Assembly: GCA_041746255.1 (NCBI GenBank)
Contig: JBGTHM010000037.1
Location: 1 to 64,000 of the forward strand
Direction: 5' to 3'
Length of the DNA: 64,000 nucleotides
Origin: Fibrobacteria bacterium
Lineage (GTDB): Bacteria; Fibrobacterota; Fibrobacteria; UBA11236
Each line of letters opens with the position of its first letter. Position 1 is the first letter of the stretch. A program made the position numbers and the translations under genes. The notes under the pieces are model-generated. The model made no database searches. It saw only the letters and a list, made by a program, of their open reading frames with translations, and was not told the origin of the DNA. Below, in pieces: positions 1 to 9,948 of the stretch.

Positions 1-185
1 GTAACTTCAAATCTAATCAGACTGAGGAGCCTCTTCATTTTTGCGAAACAAAACGTACGTTATCGTCCCCCCGTAGGCTTCGCCCGCAGCATGCAGTGAA
101 CAAGAGCACCGGAACAAGCTGGCCTTATCCAGCGCCGTGAGGATGCCTTGTGAACTGCCAGCCTAACTCGAAAAGCCAGCCCCCG

Positions 186-264
186 GAGTGCGGGACTTGT
201 CCCGCACGGGGCGCCCTGTGCGTTGTTGTGTGTTGTGGGGTGCCCCTCTTAATTTTGGGCCGAT
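186..264 (+). repeat. Left copy of a diverged inverted repeat flanking the TA module
   Basis: GAGTGCGGGACTTGTCCCGCACGGGGCGCCCTGTGCGTTGTTGTGTGTTGTGGGGTGCCCCT (186-247) and TTTGGGCCGAT (254-264) match the reverse complement of 1008-1067 and 947-957. Confidence 0.75.
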
Positions 265-268
265 TTCA

Positions 269-597
269 TTAATCTCTTATTCTTATCCTGTTCTCTTCAA
301 CAACCCAAAGCTTGTTTTTGATATCCTCGAATTCAAATGCTGGGTAGATGCTTTATCCTGGTTTTTGAGCCGGAGGACAACAATCCCTGGAAATGACTCA
401 GGTGGATAAGTGCGGATATCCGAGAAATCCTGGTCGAGGGTAATGAGTATACGGTTTTCTTCCTTACATTTAAGGCTGATAACTTCGTCTTTCGCGCCCG
501 CAATCCCTTCGTCATATACTGTATGGGTATCATTTCCCCGCCTGATCAAAAACTCAGCCAATTCAACAGGAAGATTTTCATCAATTTTGAATTTCAT
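269..597 (-). pseudogene. DUF5615/PIN-like toxin (VapC45-like), frameshifted near the C-terminus
   Basis: N-terminus MKFKIDENLP and motif RILITLDQDF. The ORF ends at 283, but the family-like tail FEDIKNKLWVVEENRIRIRD* is in another frame ending at TAA 271-269. Confidence 0.75.
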
Positions 598-600
598 GGT

Positions 601-849
<249 letters not shown>

Positions 850-946
850 CTAAATTTAACTTTTTGCCGGTATTATTGTCTTACGCACCTTCATTTTTCG
901 TCTTAATTACCATTTTTACCATGAGATATTTTTGGTTCTGAGGTTT

Positions 947-1067
947 ATCGGCCCAAATTTTTGCCTTTTCCCTTGCCTCCCGACTGTAAAGTCGGGAGGC
1001 GCACATTAGGGCACCCCATTTCACACAACAACGCGCAGGGTGCTCCTCGCGAAACAAGCCCCCACTC
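947..1067 (-). repeat. Right copy of the inverted repeat, containing a perfect 11-bp hairpin
   Basis: Minus strand reads GAGTGGGGGCTTGTTTCGCGAGGAGCACCCTGCGCGTTGTTGTGTGAAATGGGGTGCCCT...TTTGGGCCGAT. Hairpin GCCTCCCGACT-GTAA-AGTCGGGAGGC at 975-1000. Confidence 0.75.
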
Positions 1068-1218
1068 AAGCCCCGCCCTTGCATCTCGGCCTTTCACGCT
1101 CCGGCAGATTTCGAACTCCCGAATCGCTATATCTTCGGAAAGCTAGCCCGGTCTAAAAGAAAGACGGATAAACCCAATGCCAGTTGCAAAAGGGCCAAAG
1201 AAAACCCCGAACTAATTT

Positions 1219-1320
1219 GTGATAAAGGAAAAGGTTTGGTGTTATCTTGGAGCTGCCGGATGGTATTTTATAAAAATAGAGAAACAAGTAGCCGCTGAAA
1301 TAAGGTTTAAGTACTTACTC
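1219..1320 (+). pseudogene. Possible DUF1905-family N-terminal remnant
   Basis: KVWCYLGAAGWYFIKIEKQVAAEIR resembles the KVWxYxGxxGWxF start of DUF1905 proteins; similarity is lost before the epsI 3' end. Confidence 0.4.
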
Positions 1321-1348
1321 CATTCGCCCCAAAGGAGAAATCCGTATA

Positions 1349-1981
1349 TCACGGCAACACGGCATCTAGCGCCGGCACCAGAGCGGCCACTAAGTCCTCC
1401 AGACGGGTATGCGCCGCATGCGCGTCTTCCGTAACGGCTTCGGGAGTCATCACGCGAATGAACGCTGTCCCCTTATCCGCGCCGCCGAACCAACCCCGCC
1501 AGAACATTTTAAGGCTCGAGAGAAAATATTCTCCGGTATGGGCGTCCCCCATCTTATACCAGTAATACACCCAATGCCTTTGGCTCCGGTAATCCAGCGC
1601 AATCACACGCGCACCCACCGCACTTCGCTGCAATTGTTTCGAGTTTATTTCGGCGACCAGCGCGCCTGCCCCGCGTAAACAGGCCTCCTGGGCATGCGCC
1701 GATTTGCGGCTGCTGCGGGCGATATAAGCCACCACCACTTCCACCGGCCGCCGTCCGTCGGAATAGACGCGCTTCACAATATCGCGCGTTTCCAGGCCGC
1801 GTATTTCTCCGGGAGTGGGCTCAGCCGATTCCACCAGATGCCACTTTCCTAAATTGCCCGGCAAACTCGCGGTGAAGTGGGTCCCTTCGTGGATATGCTG
1901 CCGGAATAAAACGGTGTTGGAGAGATATCCCGATAAAGCCAAGGCGGCGAAGGTCACAAAGGTGAGTCCGTATCGCTTCAT
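1349..1981 (-). CDS. epsI: Exosortase-associated EpsI-family protein
   Basis: N-terminal anchor, LPGNLGKW, RVYSDG, HAQEACLRGAG and VYYWY motifs; ATGA-coupled to the exosortase gene. Confidence 0.88.
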   Translation of the reverse strand: MKRYGLTFVTFAALALSGYLSNTVLFRQHIHEGTHFTASLPGNLGKWHLVESAEPTPGEIRGLETRDIVKRVYSDGRRPVEVVVAYIARSSRKSAHAQEACLRGAGALVAEINSKQLQRSAVGARVIALDYRSQRHWVYYWYKMGDAHTGEYFLSSLKMFWRGWFGGADKGTAFIRVMTPEAVTEDAHAAHTRLEDLVAALVPALDAVLP

Positions 1982-2901
1982 GTCCGCGGCCTATTTGTGT
2001 CGGTTGTGCTACTAGGCCTGTGTCCCTTCCCGGTCAGCGCCTCTGCCGCAAGCGCGGCGGCAAAAACAGTAGCGAAAGCTCCCACAAACAACACCCCACC
2101 GGTTATCAAATGCAAATCCCAATCCCCCACCAGCGGGCGAAAAACCGCTTCCTTGCCTATGAGTTGTACCAGCCAGGCCACTACCGTGATGCGCAGCACA
2201 TTTCCCGCCACCGCCGCAGGTGCCGCCGCCAGTAGCACGGCGATTACCGTGGCGGAACCTTTGCGACGCAAGAGGTAAGCATATAGCACGGCAAGAGCTA
2301 TCAAGGTCATGAGGCTGGAAAGGCCGGAGCAAACATCGCCCACAGCCAACTTCTCTTCCCCGAAAAGGAGGTATGCGCCGGAACGAACCGCGGTCAGGCC
2401 GGTGACGTTGAGTAGATGGGTGGCCAAATCGGTGGCCAACAATTTCAGCTTAAAGCCGAGGCCGCTGACGATAAAATCGGGCCAAGGAACCATGAAAAAC
2501 AAATAGGCCAATGGGAACCAGGCTACTTTGAGACGGCTGGTCCCGTATTGCAACCAGAAAAACCCGGCGATAAGTCCGATTAGGGTTAGCGCGGATAAGG
2601 ACGATACATCGGCCAATCCGGCGATGCCGTGGATAAACAGGCTAAAGAGGATCAGTCCGATGGCCGCAGGAAAAGGCCGGATGGGGTAGGCTCGCCAATC
2701 CGATCGCTTCATCCAGAGCACTACTCCGGATAGGACGGGAATCAGCCAACCATGCGAGAGATAGGAGTCGGGTTCATCCCATCTTTGCGCCATCCATTTG
2801 AAAGTGGGCCAATAGGCGAAAAGGCTTAAACCGGCGAAAGTAGCCCATAACCCGGAATTTTTCAGGATTATCACGCTATGGGAAGTAGAGTTTTTCAACA
2901 T
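1978..2901 (-). CDS. epsH: Exosortase (EpsH family)
   Basis: Multi-TM protein with YLSHGWLIP, FPLAYLFFMVP, catalytic Cys (VGDVCSGL), Arg (GNVLRI) and His (DLHLITG). Confidence 0.95.
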   Translation of the reverse strand: MLKNSTSHSVIILKNSGLWATFAGLSLFAYWPTFKWMAQRWDEPDSYLSHGWLIPVLSGVVLWMKRSDWRAYPIRPFPAAIGLILFSLFIHGIAGLADVSSLSALTLIGLIAGFFWLQYGTSRLKVAWFPLAYLFFMVPWPDFIVSGLGFKLKLLATDLATHLLNVTGLTAVRSGAYLLFGEEKLAVGDVCSGLSSLMTLIALAVLYAYLLRRKGSATVIAVLLAAAPAAVAGNVLRITVVAWLVQLIGKEAVFRPLVGDWDLHLITGGVLFVGAFATVFAAALAAEALTGKGHRPSSTTDTNRPRT

Positions 2902-3092
2902 GCGCCCTTATTCTACAATTGCTGGAAGCGTCATGGTTTGGCTTTCGAATCCGGAAATCATATGCGCATTCGCTCTGACCTAGGGAACGGAGAAAAACAC
3001 TGGTTTAAATGACCAAGCTAAAATTATTATAATTGAACCACTCCGGCCCGATTCTGCCGGCGCCCTCAAACCGGATTAAATCGGATAGATTC

Positions 3093-5567
3093 ATGCAAAA
3101 AGAACCGGAAGCGCCTTTTTACATCGATCCGTCCGACGACAGCGGTGAAACCCGGTGGAAACCGCCTACGTGGCGCACCCTGGTCCATGTGCTTTGGTTG
3201 CGCCGTTGGTTGATACTCGGCGTAGCCGCCCTGTGCGCCATTCCGACGGGCATTGTGCTGACCTTGGTCGATTTGCCACGGAGCTTTCAGTCGGCCACTG
3301 TCATGCGCTTTCCCGCGGTGGTGGGAGCCCAGACGAATATGATGCGCGATGTGGCCATTACCCGGCAAGCCAGCATAATCGCCATATTCAACAGTTATTC
3401 GCTGCTCGAGCGGACGGTCGACGCTCTCAGTTTGCGTATGCGGCTTGCCACACCCGACATTTTCCGCAAACATGCCATCGAAAAATTGGAATACCAGGAA
3501 AAACTGGGCGAAGGACTCTATGAAGTACGGATGAGCCGTGGAAGGCATGCGAGCCTACGCTATACCCCCAGTACCGGCGGGGATACCTACTCCCTGTTCG
3601 ACGGGGTGCTGCCCGAATCCAACGCCATAACCATTCCGGGGCTCAGACTGGTTCTCACCGAAGGGTTTGTGCGCGGGGCCGAAGGGCTCGACATCCGTCT
3701 GAGATTTCAATCCAAGGACAAGGTTATCGAAACCCTCAAAGAAAGTCTTCGGGTCAGACCCTTGGGTGAGGATAATTTCGAAATCAGCCTTCAAGACAGG
3801 GATCCCTGGCTGGTCAGTGATATCCTCAACCACTTGCGCGAAGAATTCCTCAACGTCTATTACGGAACCACCCAGGTTCAGGACATGAGCGTTTTGGCGC
3901 AAATGGAAGCGGACCTGGAGTCGGCGAAGAAAAAATTGGAACGCAGTCAGGATGAACTCGACATCTTTTACCGCAAAAACCCCGTTTTACTGACACAGAA
4001 TGAGGGTGCGCCCGACAATACCGTTTTACTGGTCGATTTGCGCAACAAAAAATCCATGGTGGAAGAGAGGCGCATTCGCTTGCAAAGGATAATGACCGCG
4101 CGTCCGACGGATATGGGCGGGCAAGAGGGCCGAATTTGGGCCGAACAAATCACGCAAGCGCTATCCGAAGCCGGAGACCCTCGCGGCGGTATTCTGGGAG
4201 CCACATTGCGTGGACTCCGGGAGAAGGATGAGCAATTGCGTCCGGATCTGGGGCCGGAGCATCCCCGTCTGAAGGAAATGCGCGAGGAACAGGAGAAATT
4301 GCTCCGGGATATCGAGCAGGCTTACCATACGCAATTGGAAAAAATGCAGCAGGAAGCGGCCAGCCTCGAAAATCAACTGGCAGGCGTCCGCAGCGGTAGT
4401 CAACGGCAGCAGGCTTCGGTCAAAGTGCAGCTCGAGCTGGAACGGCTTTCGGTCTCTAACCGCAACAACCAGGCGATTTACGACAACATCCTGACGGCCT
4501 ATAACCGGGCGAAGCTGTCGACGGGATCCGAATTTTTCAAGGTCACGGTGGTGGACCCGGCGCGTCCGGCACGCTATGAGCCACCCTCCCTCCTGGGTCG
4601 GTTGGTGGTGGCTGCAGCCGGTTCAGCGATTTGGTTTTTGCTCATTCCCGGCGGAGTTGCGCTTTGGCAGGTGGCTTTCCTGAAAATTTGGACCCGCGAG
4701 GATGTCCGCCGCTACCTGGGAATCAAGGTGGTGGGCACGGTGTCGTTCAAGCCTTTGGATTCACTGCCGCCTGCTTCCACCAAGGAATCCGGTGAAATGG
4801 GCCCGGTCGATCCCTTGCTCCTTTATTATGGGCGCGGTCATCGCCTGGAAGACATCGAAACCTTCCGCCTCATTCGCGAAGAGCTGGAGAATATCTTCGT
4901 GAAATACTCCGCGAACGGGAAGCTGTGCCTGATGGTGACCTCCACGCAACCGCACGACGGAAAGTCGATTTGCGCGAGCAACCTGGCGGTGGCCTTTGCG
5001 CGCAAGGGACGAAAAACCCTGCTCATCGACGGTGATTTGCGCCTGGGTCGCTTGCACAAGATTTTCGGCTTGAATCCCACCAGCGGTTTCGAGGAACTTT
5101 TGGCTCGCACCGACCTCAAGGAAAACGAATTTTTGCAGGAAGCGACCGCTTTACTTAAAAAAACGGTGCAAAGCAATCTCATTCTCATGCCCCGCCGCAA
5201 GGCGGCGCTTAATGCCGGTGAACTCATCGCCTCGCCCCGCTACGCCGCATTCGTGCGCATGGCGCGCAGCCAATCCGATGTCGTCATTATCGACACTCCG
5301 CCCGTTCTCATCACTCCCGAACCCTTGCCCTTGGCCAAACAAGCGGATGGTATCTTGTTCGTCCTGCGATCGGGAGTCACTTCCGTAGCCGAAAGCCGAG
5401 ACGCCCTGGCCACCTTGCGCGAACACAATCCCCGCATCGTTTCTCTGGTCAATCAGGCTAAAACCTCGCCCTTCCACTCCAATCGCTACCTGAAATACGC
5501 GTACTATTACAATGCCCAGATGCAGGCCGAGAACGATCGCGTCGTCTCCGAAAATTCCCCGCGATAG
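3093..5567 (+). CDS. wzc: Wzc-like polysaccharide co-polymerase / BY tyrosine kinase, copy 1
   Basis: Two TM segments around a coiled-coil; Walker A STQPHDGKS, LLIDGDLR, VIIDTPP; C-terminal Tyr cluster RYLKYAYYY. Start placed at ATG 3093 (ORF open from 3033). Confidence 0.92.
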   Translation: MQKEPEAPFYIDPSDDSGETRWKPPTWRTLVHVLWLRRWLILGVAALCAIPTGIVLTLVDLPRSFQSATVMRFPAVVGAQTNMMRDVAITRQASIIAIFNSYSLLERTVDALSLRMRLATPDIFRKHAIEKLEYQEKLGEGLYEVRMSRGRHASLRYTPSTGGDTYSLFDGVLPESNAITIPGLRLVLTEGFVRGAEGLDIRLRFQSKDKVIETLKESLRVRPLGEDNFEISLQDRDPWLVSDILNHLREEFLNVYYGTTQVQDMSVLAQMEADLESAKKKLERSQDELDIFYRKNPVLLTQNEGAPDNTVLLVDLRNKKSMVEERRIRLQRIMTARPTDMGGQEGRIWAEQITQALSEAGDPRGGILGATLRGLREKDEQLRPDLGPEHPRLKEMREEQEKLLRDIEQAYHTQLEKMQQEAASLENQLAGVRSGSQRQQASVKVQLELERLSVSNRNNQAIYDNILTAYNRAKLSTGSEFFKVTVVDPARPARYEPPSLLGRLVVAAAGSAIWFLLIPGGVALWQVAFLKIWTREDVRRYLGIKVVGTVSFKPLDSLPPASTKESGEMGPVDPLLLYYGRGHRLEDIETFRLIREELENIFVKYSANGKLCLMVTSTQPHDGKSICASNLAVAFARKGRKTLLIDGDLRLGRLHKIFGLNPTSGFEELLARTDLKENEFLQEATALLKKTVQSNLILMPRRKAALNAGELIASPRYAAFVRMARSQSDVVIIDTPPVLITPEPLPLAKQADGILFVLRSGVTSVAESRDALATLREHNPRIVSLVNQAKTSPFHSNRYLKYAYYYNAQMQAENDRVVSENSPR

Positions 5568-5674
5568 TTTTTGCGCCGGCATCGGTACAAAGGTTATTTC
5601 CCCTTAAGACTTTCTATCCCGCGTAGGCGCTGTTTTTGCGGTGCCCGCGGTTTCACCGGAAAGCGGGGAAAATT

Positions 5675-6925
5675 ATGCCTGAATCCCTGGTCCCTGAATC
5701 ACCCTGTAGGTTTTGCGCGACTCCCCTTCGGTTTACCTTCGCCGATTTGGGAATGTCGCCTCTCTGTCAAAGCGTAGTGCGACCCGAAAAGAGTGAACAT
5801 GCCGAGGCCTTTTATCCCCTGCATGCCTATGTCTGCGAAAATTGTTTGCTGGTGCAACTCAAAGAATATGTAAGTCCTGCCGACATTTTTACCGAATACG
5901 CCTACTTCTCCTCTTTTAGCGATTCCTGGGTGGACCATGCCGGCCGTTATGCCGACGCGATGGTCAAGCGTTTCGGTTTGGGCGCGGACAGCAAAGTGGT
6001 GGAAATCGCCAGTAACGACGGCTATTTACTGCAACATTTCCGGCGCATGGGCATTCCCGTACTCGGAATCGAACCCGCCGCCAACGTGGCGGAAGCCGCG
6101 GTGGATAAAGGCATTCCCACCCTGGTGCGGTTCTTCGGATCGCAAACGGCGCGCGAAGCCTCGGAAACCGAAGGCAAGGCGGATTTGTTGCTGGGTAACA
6201 ACGTGCTCGCCCACGTTCCGGATCTCATGGATTTCGTTACGGGAATGAAAATCATGTTGAACCCCAAAGGCGTCATCACCATGGAGTTCCCGCATTTGTT
6301 GCGTCTCATGGAAGAAAATCAATTCGATACCATTTACCATGAGCATTTCTCCTATTTCTCCTTTTCCACCGTGGAAAAGGTTTTCCAATCGCGGGGCATT
6401 ACGCTTTTTGACGTGGAAGAGTTGCCAACTCACGGAGGCTCGCTCCGGATTTACGGCCGACACGAGGCCGATGTCTCCAAACCCTTGACGCCGAATGTGG
6501 AGAGACTGCGCGCCCTGGAACGGGAAGCGGGACTCGATCGCCTCGACGTCTATTTGCGTTTCAACGAAAGAGTCAAGGAGACTAAACGCAAAATACTGGA
6601 GCTGATGATTGCAGCTAAACGCGAAGGAAAATCGGTAGCGGCTTACGCCGCAGCGGGAAAAACCAATACCCTCCTCAATTATTGCGGCCTCGGCGTTGAT
6701 TTCATCGACTACAGCGTGGATAGAAATCCTTACAAGCAGGAAAATCTGCTTCCGGGCTCGCGCATACCCATCTTTTCTCCCGACAAGATCAGGGAAACCC
6801 GGCCGGATTTTCTGTTCATCGGCGCCTGGAATCTCAAGGACGAAATCATGGCGCAAACGGAGTATATCCGTCAATGGGGGGGCAAGTGGATTGTCCCCAT
6901 TCCGGAAGCGAGGGTTTACCCATGA
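5675..6925 (+). CDS. NDP-sugar C-methyltransferase-like SAM-dependent methyltransferase
   Basis: Zn motif CRFC...CENC, VEIASNDGYLL, NNVLAHVPD, FDTIYHEHFSYFS, PTHGGSLR, NTLLNYCG. Confidence 0.9.
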   Translation: MPESLVPESPCRFCATPLRFTFADLGMSPLCQSVVRPEKSEHAEAFYPLHAYVCENCLLVQLKEYVSPADIFTEYAYFSSFSDSWVDHAGRYADAMVKRFGLGADSKVVEIASNDGYLLQHFRRMGIPVLGIEPAANVAEAAVDKGIPTLVRFFGSQTAREASETEGKADLLLGNNVLAHVPDLMDFVTGMKIMLNPKGVITMEFPHLLRLMEENQFDTIYHEHFSYFSFSTVEKVFQSRGITLFDVEELPTHGGSLRIYGRHEADVSKPLTPNVERLRALEREAGLDRLDVYLRFNERVKETKRKILELMIAAKREGKSVAAYAAAGKTNTLLNYCGLGVDFIDYSVDRNPYKQENLLPGSRIPIFSPDKIRETRPDFLFIGAWNLKDEIMAQTEYIRQWGGKWIVPIPEARVYP

Positions 6926-7944
6926 ATATTCTGGTGACCGGCGTGGATGGATATATCGGGTCGCTGCTGGGGCCCTACCTGGAAGGCCGCGGACATCAAG
7001 TGACGGGGCTCGACACCGGCTTCTATCGATCCGGCTGGTTGTATCACGGCCCCGACCGTTCGCCGGCCTGTATGTCAAAAGATATTCGCGAGGTTGAGGC
7101 CGAGGATTTTCGCGGGTATGAGGCGGTGGTCCACTTGGCGGAGCTTTCCAACGATCCCGTGGGGCAATTGAACCCGGAAATAACCTGTAAAATCAACCAC
7201 CTGGGCAGCGTGGAGTTGGCCCGCAAGGCCAAGAGCATGGGCGTTACCCGCTTCGTGTATACTTCATCCTGCAGCGTTTACGGTTTAGGCAGCGATGATT
7301 TCCGCTATGAAGACGGGCCTATCAATCCGCAAACCGATTATGCCCGGTGTAAAGTCCGGGTTGAAAAAGAAGTAGGGGAAATGGCGGATGATCGCTTCTC
7401 CCCCACCTTCTTGCGCAATGCCACGGCCTTCGGACCTTCTCCGCGCATGCGCTTTGATATCGTCCTCAATAATCTCGCCGGTCTGGCTTTTACCACGGGT
7501 GAAATCAGCATGACCAGCGACGGCATGCCCTGGCGGCCCTTGGTGCATTTGCTGGATATTTGCGAAGCGGTAGCCTGCTCGCTCGAAGCGCCGCGCCAGA
7601 CCATCCATAACGAGATTTTCAACGTGGGCAGCAACGATTCGAATTATCGCGTGCGCGAAGTCGCTGAAACCGTAGCGGAGGCTTTTCCCGGCTGCAAGTT
7701 GAATTTCGGCCTGCATGATCCCGATAATCGCAGCTATCGGGTCAACTTCGACAAAATCTCGGAAAAACTGCCGGGATACGCGTGTAAACATACCTTGCAG
7801 GACGGCGCGCGGCAATTGCGTGATCTGTTTGAACATATCGAGTTGACTACGGACGATTTCGAAGCCCGACCCTATACCCGGCTCAAGCAATTGGAATATT
7901 TGCTGCGGACGGAACAAATCGACAGTGATTTCTATTGGAGATGA
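6922..7944 (+). CDS. NAD-dependent nucleotide-sugar epimerase/dehydratase (extended SDR)
   Basis: ILVTGVDGYIGS, HLAELSNDP, SSCSVYG, YxxxK (DYARCK); ATGA overlap with the previous gene. Confidence 0.92.
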   Translation: MNILVTGVDGYIGSLLGPYLEGRGHQVTGLDTGFYRSGWLYHGPDRSPACMSKDIREVEAEDFRGYEAVVHLAELSNDPVGQLNPEITCKINHLGSVELARKAKSMGVTRFVYTSSCSVYGLGSDDFRYEDGPINPQTDYARCKVRVEKEVGEMADDRFSPTFLRNATAFGPSPRMRFDIVLNNLAGLAFTTGEISMTSDGMPWRPLVHLLDICEAVACSLEAPRQTIHNEIFNVGSNDSNYRVREVAETVAEAFPGCKLNFGLHDPDNRSYRVNFDKISEKLPGYACKHTLQDGARQLRDLFEHIELTTDDFEARPYTRLKQLEYLLRTEQIDSDFYWR

Positions 7945-7948
7945 ATGC

Positions 7949-9289
7949 ATGGAAATAGGCCGGGTGGTTGAAGCCCTTGACGGCGAGGTAATCGGCCGGG
8001 AAATGCATGCCTTGGCCGCTAAGCTCTTCCCCATAAATCGGAGCCGGACGGGAGACGGTGTCCGCGAAACGCTGCGCTACCTGCAAACCCTCATCCCCCT
8101 GGAGATTCATGAGGTGCCGTCGGGAAGCGCTTTATACGACTGGGAGGCGCCCCCCGAGTGGAACGTGCGCGAAGCTTATATACGCGATCCCGGTGGAAAC
8201 AAAATCGTGGATTTCGCCTCGCATAACCTTCACCTCATGGCTTATAGCGTACCCGTGCGCGAAACCCTGTCGCTGGAACAGCTGCTTCCGCATTTGCACA
8301 GTTTGCCCGATCATCCCAGCTGGATTCCCTATCGTACTTCCTATCACCAGGAAAAATGGGCTTTTTGCCTCCCACACCTTCTGTTGCAGTCGCTGGCTTC
8401 CGGAAATTACGAGGTGGTCATCGACGCCACCCTCGGGCCCGGATCCCTTACCTATGGCGAAACCTTTCTCCCGGGCGAAGAGGAAGAGGAAGTGCTGGTG
8501 GTCAGCCATTGTTGCCATCCTTCGTTGGCCAATGACAACTTGTCTGGCATCGCCACGGCGGTTTTCGCGGCGCGGATTCTGGCCGGAGCGCGCCGCCGGC
8601 TGGGATACCGATTTCTTTTCGCGCCTTCGGTGGTAGGGCCCCTGGCGTGGTTAAGCCGGAACGAACCGCAGCTCGCGCGAATCCGGCACGGCTTGGCGCT
8701 GGCCGGGGTGGGAGATGCCGGACCCGTCACCTACAAACGCAGCCGGCAGGGAGAAGCCGCCATCGACAAGGCTATGGCGCATGTGCTTCGCCACTCGGAA
8801 AACGCCGCGCGTCTGGAACCTTTCACGCCCTATGGTTATGATGAACGGCAATTCTGTTCTCCGGGCTTCAATCTGCCGGTGGGTTGTCTGATGCGTACTC
8901 CTTTCGGCGAATACCCCGAATACCATACCTCGGCCGACAATCTCGATTTTATCCGCCCCGCCAGTCTGGCCGATTCCCTGGAAAAATGTATGCGGGTATT
9001 CGAAGTGCTGGAGGGAGACCGAAGTTATCTCAATCAAATTCCCAAAGGCGAGGCTCAGTTGGGGAAACGCGGCCTCTATCGCGGTCTGGGAGGCGGAAAT
9101 CGCTTGGGCCAACGCGACTTCGCTTTGCTGTGGGTGATGAATTTTTCCGATGGTCGGCATAGCCTTTTGGAAATCGCCGAAAAAGCGGGCCTTCCCTTTG
9201 CATCGGTGCGCGCGGCCGCCGACGGTTTATTGGAAGCCGAATTGTTACGGCCGGTATCCCACCAGGCGGAAGTGGGAAATTGGGTATGA
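7949..9289 (+). CDS. DUF4910 / M28-peptidase-like protein with C-terminal winged helix
   Basis: LFPINRSRTGDGVRETL, IPYRTSY, HPSLANDNLSG, GYDERQFCSPG, YPEYHTSADN, GEAQLGKRGLY. Confidence 0.88.
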   Translation: MEIGRVVEALDGEVIGREMHALAAKLFPINRSRTGDGVRETLRYLQTLIPLEIHEVPSGSALYDWEAPPEWNVREAYIRDPGGNKIVDFASHNLHLMAYSVPVRETLSLEQLLPHLHSLPDHPSWIPYRTSYHQEKWAFCLPHLLLQSLASGNYEVVIDATLGPGSLTYGETFLPGEEEEEVLVVSHCCHPSLANDNLSGIATAVFAARILAGARRRLGYRFLFAPSVVGPLAWLSRNEPQLARIRHGLALAGVGDAGPVTYKRSRQGEAAIDKAMAHVLRHSENAARLEPFTPYGYDERQFCSPGFNLPVGCLMRTPFGEYPEYHTSADNLDFIRPASLADSLEKCMRVFEVLEGDRSYLNQIPKGEAQLGKRGLYRGLGGGNRLGQRDFALLWVMNFSDGRHSLLEIAEKAGLPFASVRAAADGLLEAELLRPVSHQAEVGNWV

Positions 9290-9948
9290 TGCTGTCGCCA
9301 AATTTATGGGATGGAGTGGAGGGGCCCCTGCGAATTCTCTGTCTGGGGGCCCATTGCGACGATATCGAAATCGGATGCGGCGCTACCCTGCTCGCCCTGT
9401 CCGAAGGCGAGCGCCCCGTGGAAGTGAATTGGGCCATATTTAGTTCTACGCCGTCAAGGGCCGAGGAGACCCGAGCCGCGGCCAGGGGATTCCTGGCCGG
9501 CTCCGCGAAAGCGGAGGTTGAAATTTTTACTTACCGTGACGGTTATCTTCCCTATCATATGGCGGAGGTAAAAGATCGTTTCGAAGCCTTGAAGGAAAAA
9601 AACGAGCCCCAGGTTATTTTCACGCACTTCCGTCATGATTTGCATCAAGACCACCGTCTGGTCAATGAACTCACCTGGAATACTTTTCGCGATCACCTCA
9701 TTCTGGAATATGAAATTCCCAAATATGACGGCGATTTAGGCGTGCCCAATCTTTTCTCCCCTTTGCGGGAAGAAACCATGGGGAAGAAAATTGCGCTCTT
9801 GATGGCAAGCTATCCTACCCAGGCGGGGAAGGGATGGTTCGAAGAGGAAACCTTCCGCAGTCTCATGCGAATAAGAGGAATGGAATGCCGCGCGCCATCG
9901 CGCTATGCCGAGGCGTTTTACGTCCGCAAGCTGGCGCTGCGCTTTTAA
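9286..9948 (+). CDS. PIG-L/LmbE-family deacetylase
   Basis: GAHCDDIEIGCG and DLHQDHR metal motifs; ATGA-coupled to the DUF4910 gene. Confidence 0.9.
   Translation: MMLSPNLWDGVEGPLRILCLGAHCDDIEIGCGATLLALSEGERPVEVNWAIFSSTPSRAEETRAAARGFLAGSAKAEVEIFTYRDGYLPYHMAEVKDRFEALKEKNEPQVIFTHFRHDLHQDHRLVNELTWNTFRDHLILEYEIPKYDGDLGVPNLFSPLREETMGKKIALLMASYPTQAGKGWFEEETFRSLMRIRGMECRAPSRYAEAFYVRKLALRF

Noticed and set aside
161..247. Canonical integron attC site (GCCTAAC...GTT)
   Set aside because: GCCTAAC has no complementary GTTAGGC, the two copies are inverted rather than tandem, and no integrase is in view.
6026..7078. 350-aa antisense ORF
   Set aside because: Shadow of the methyltransferase and epimerase genes; no recognisable motifs.
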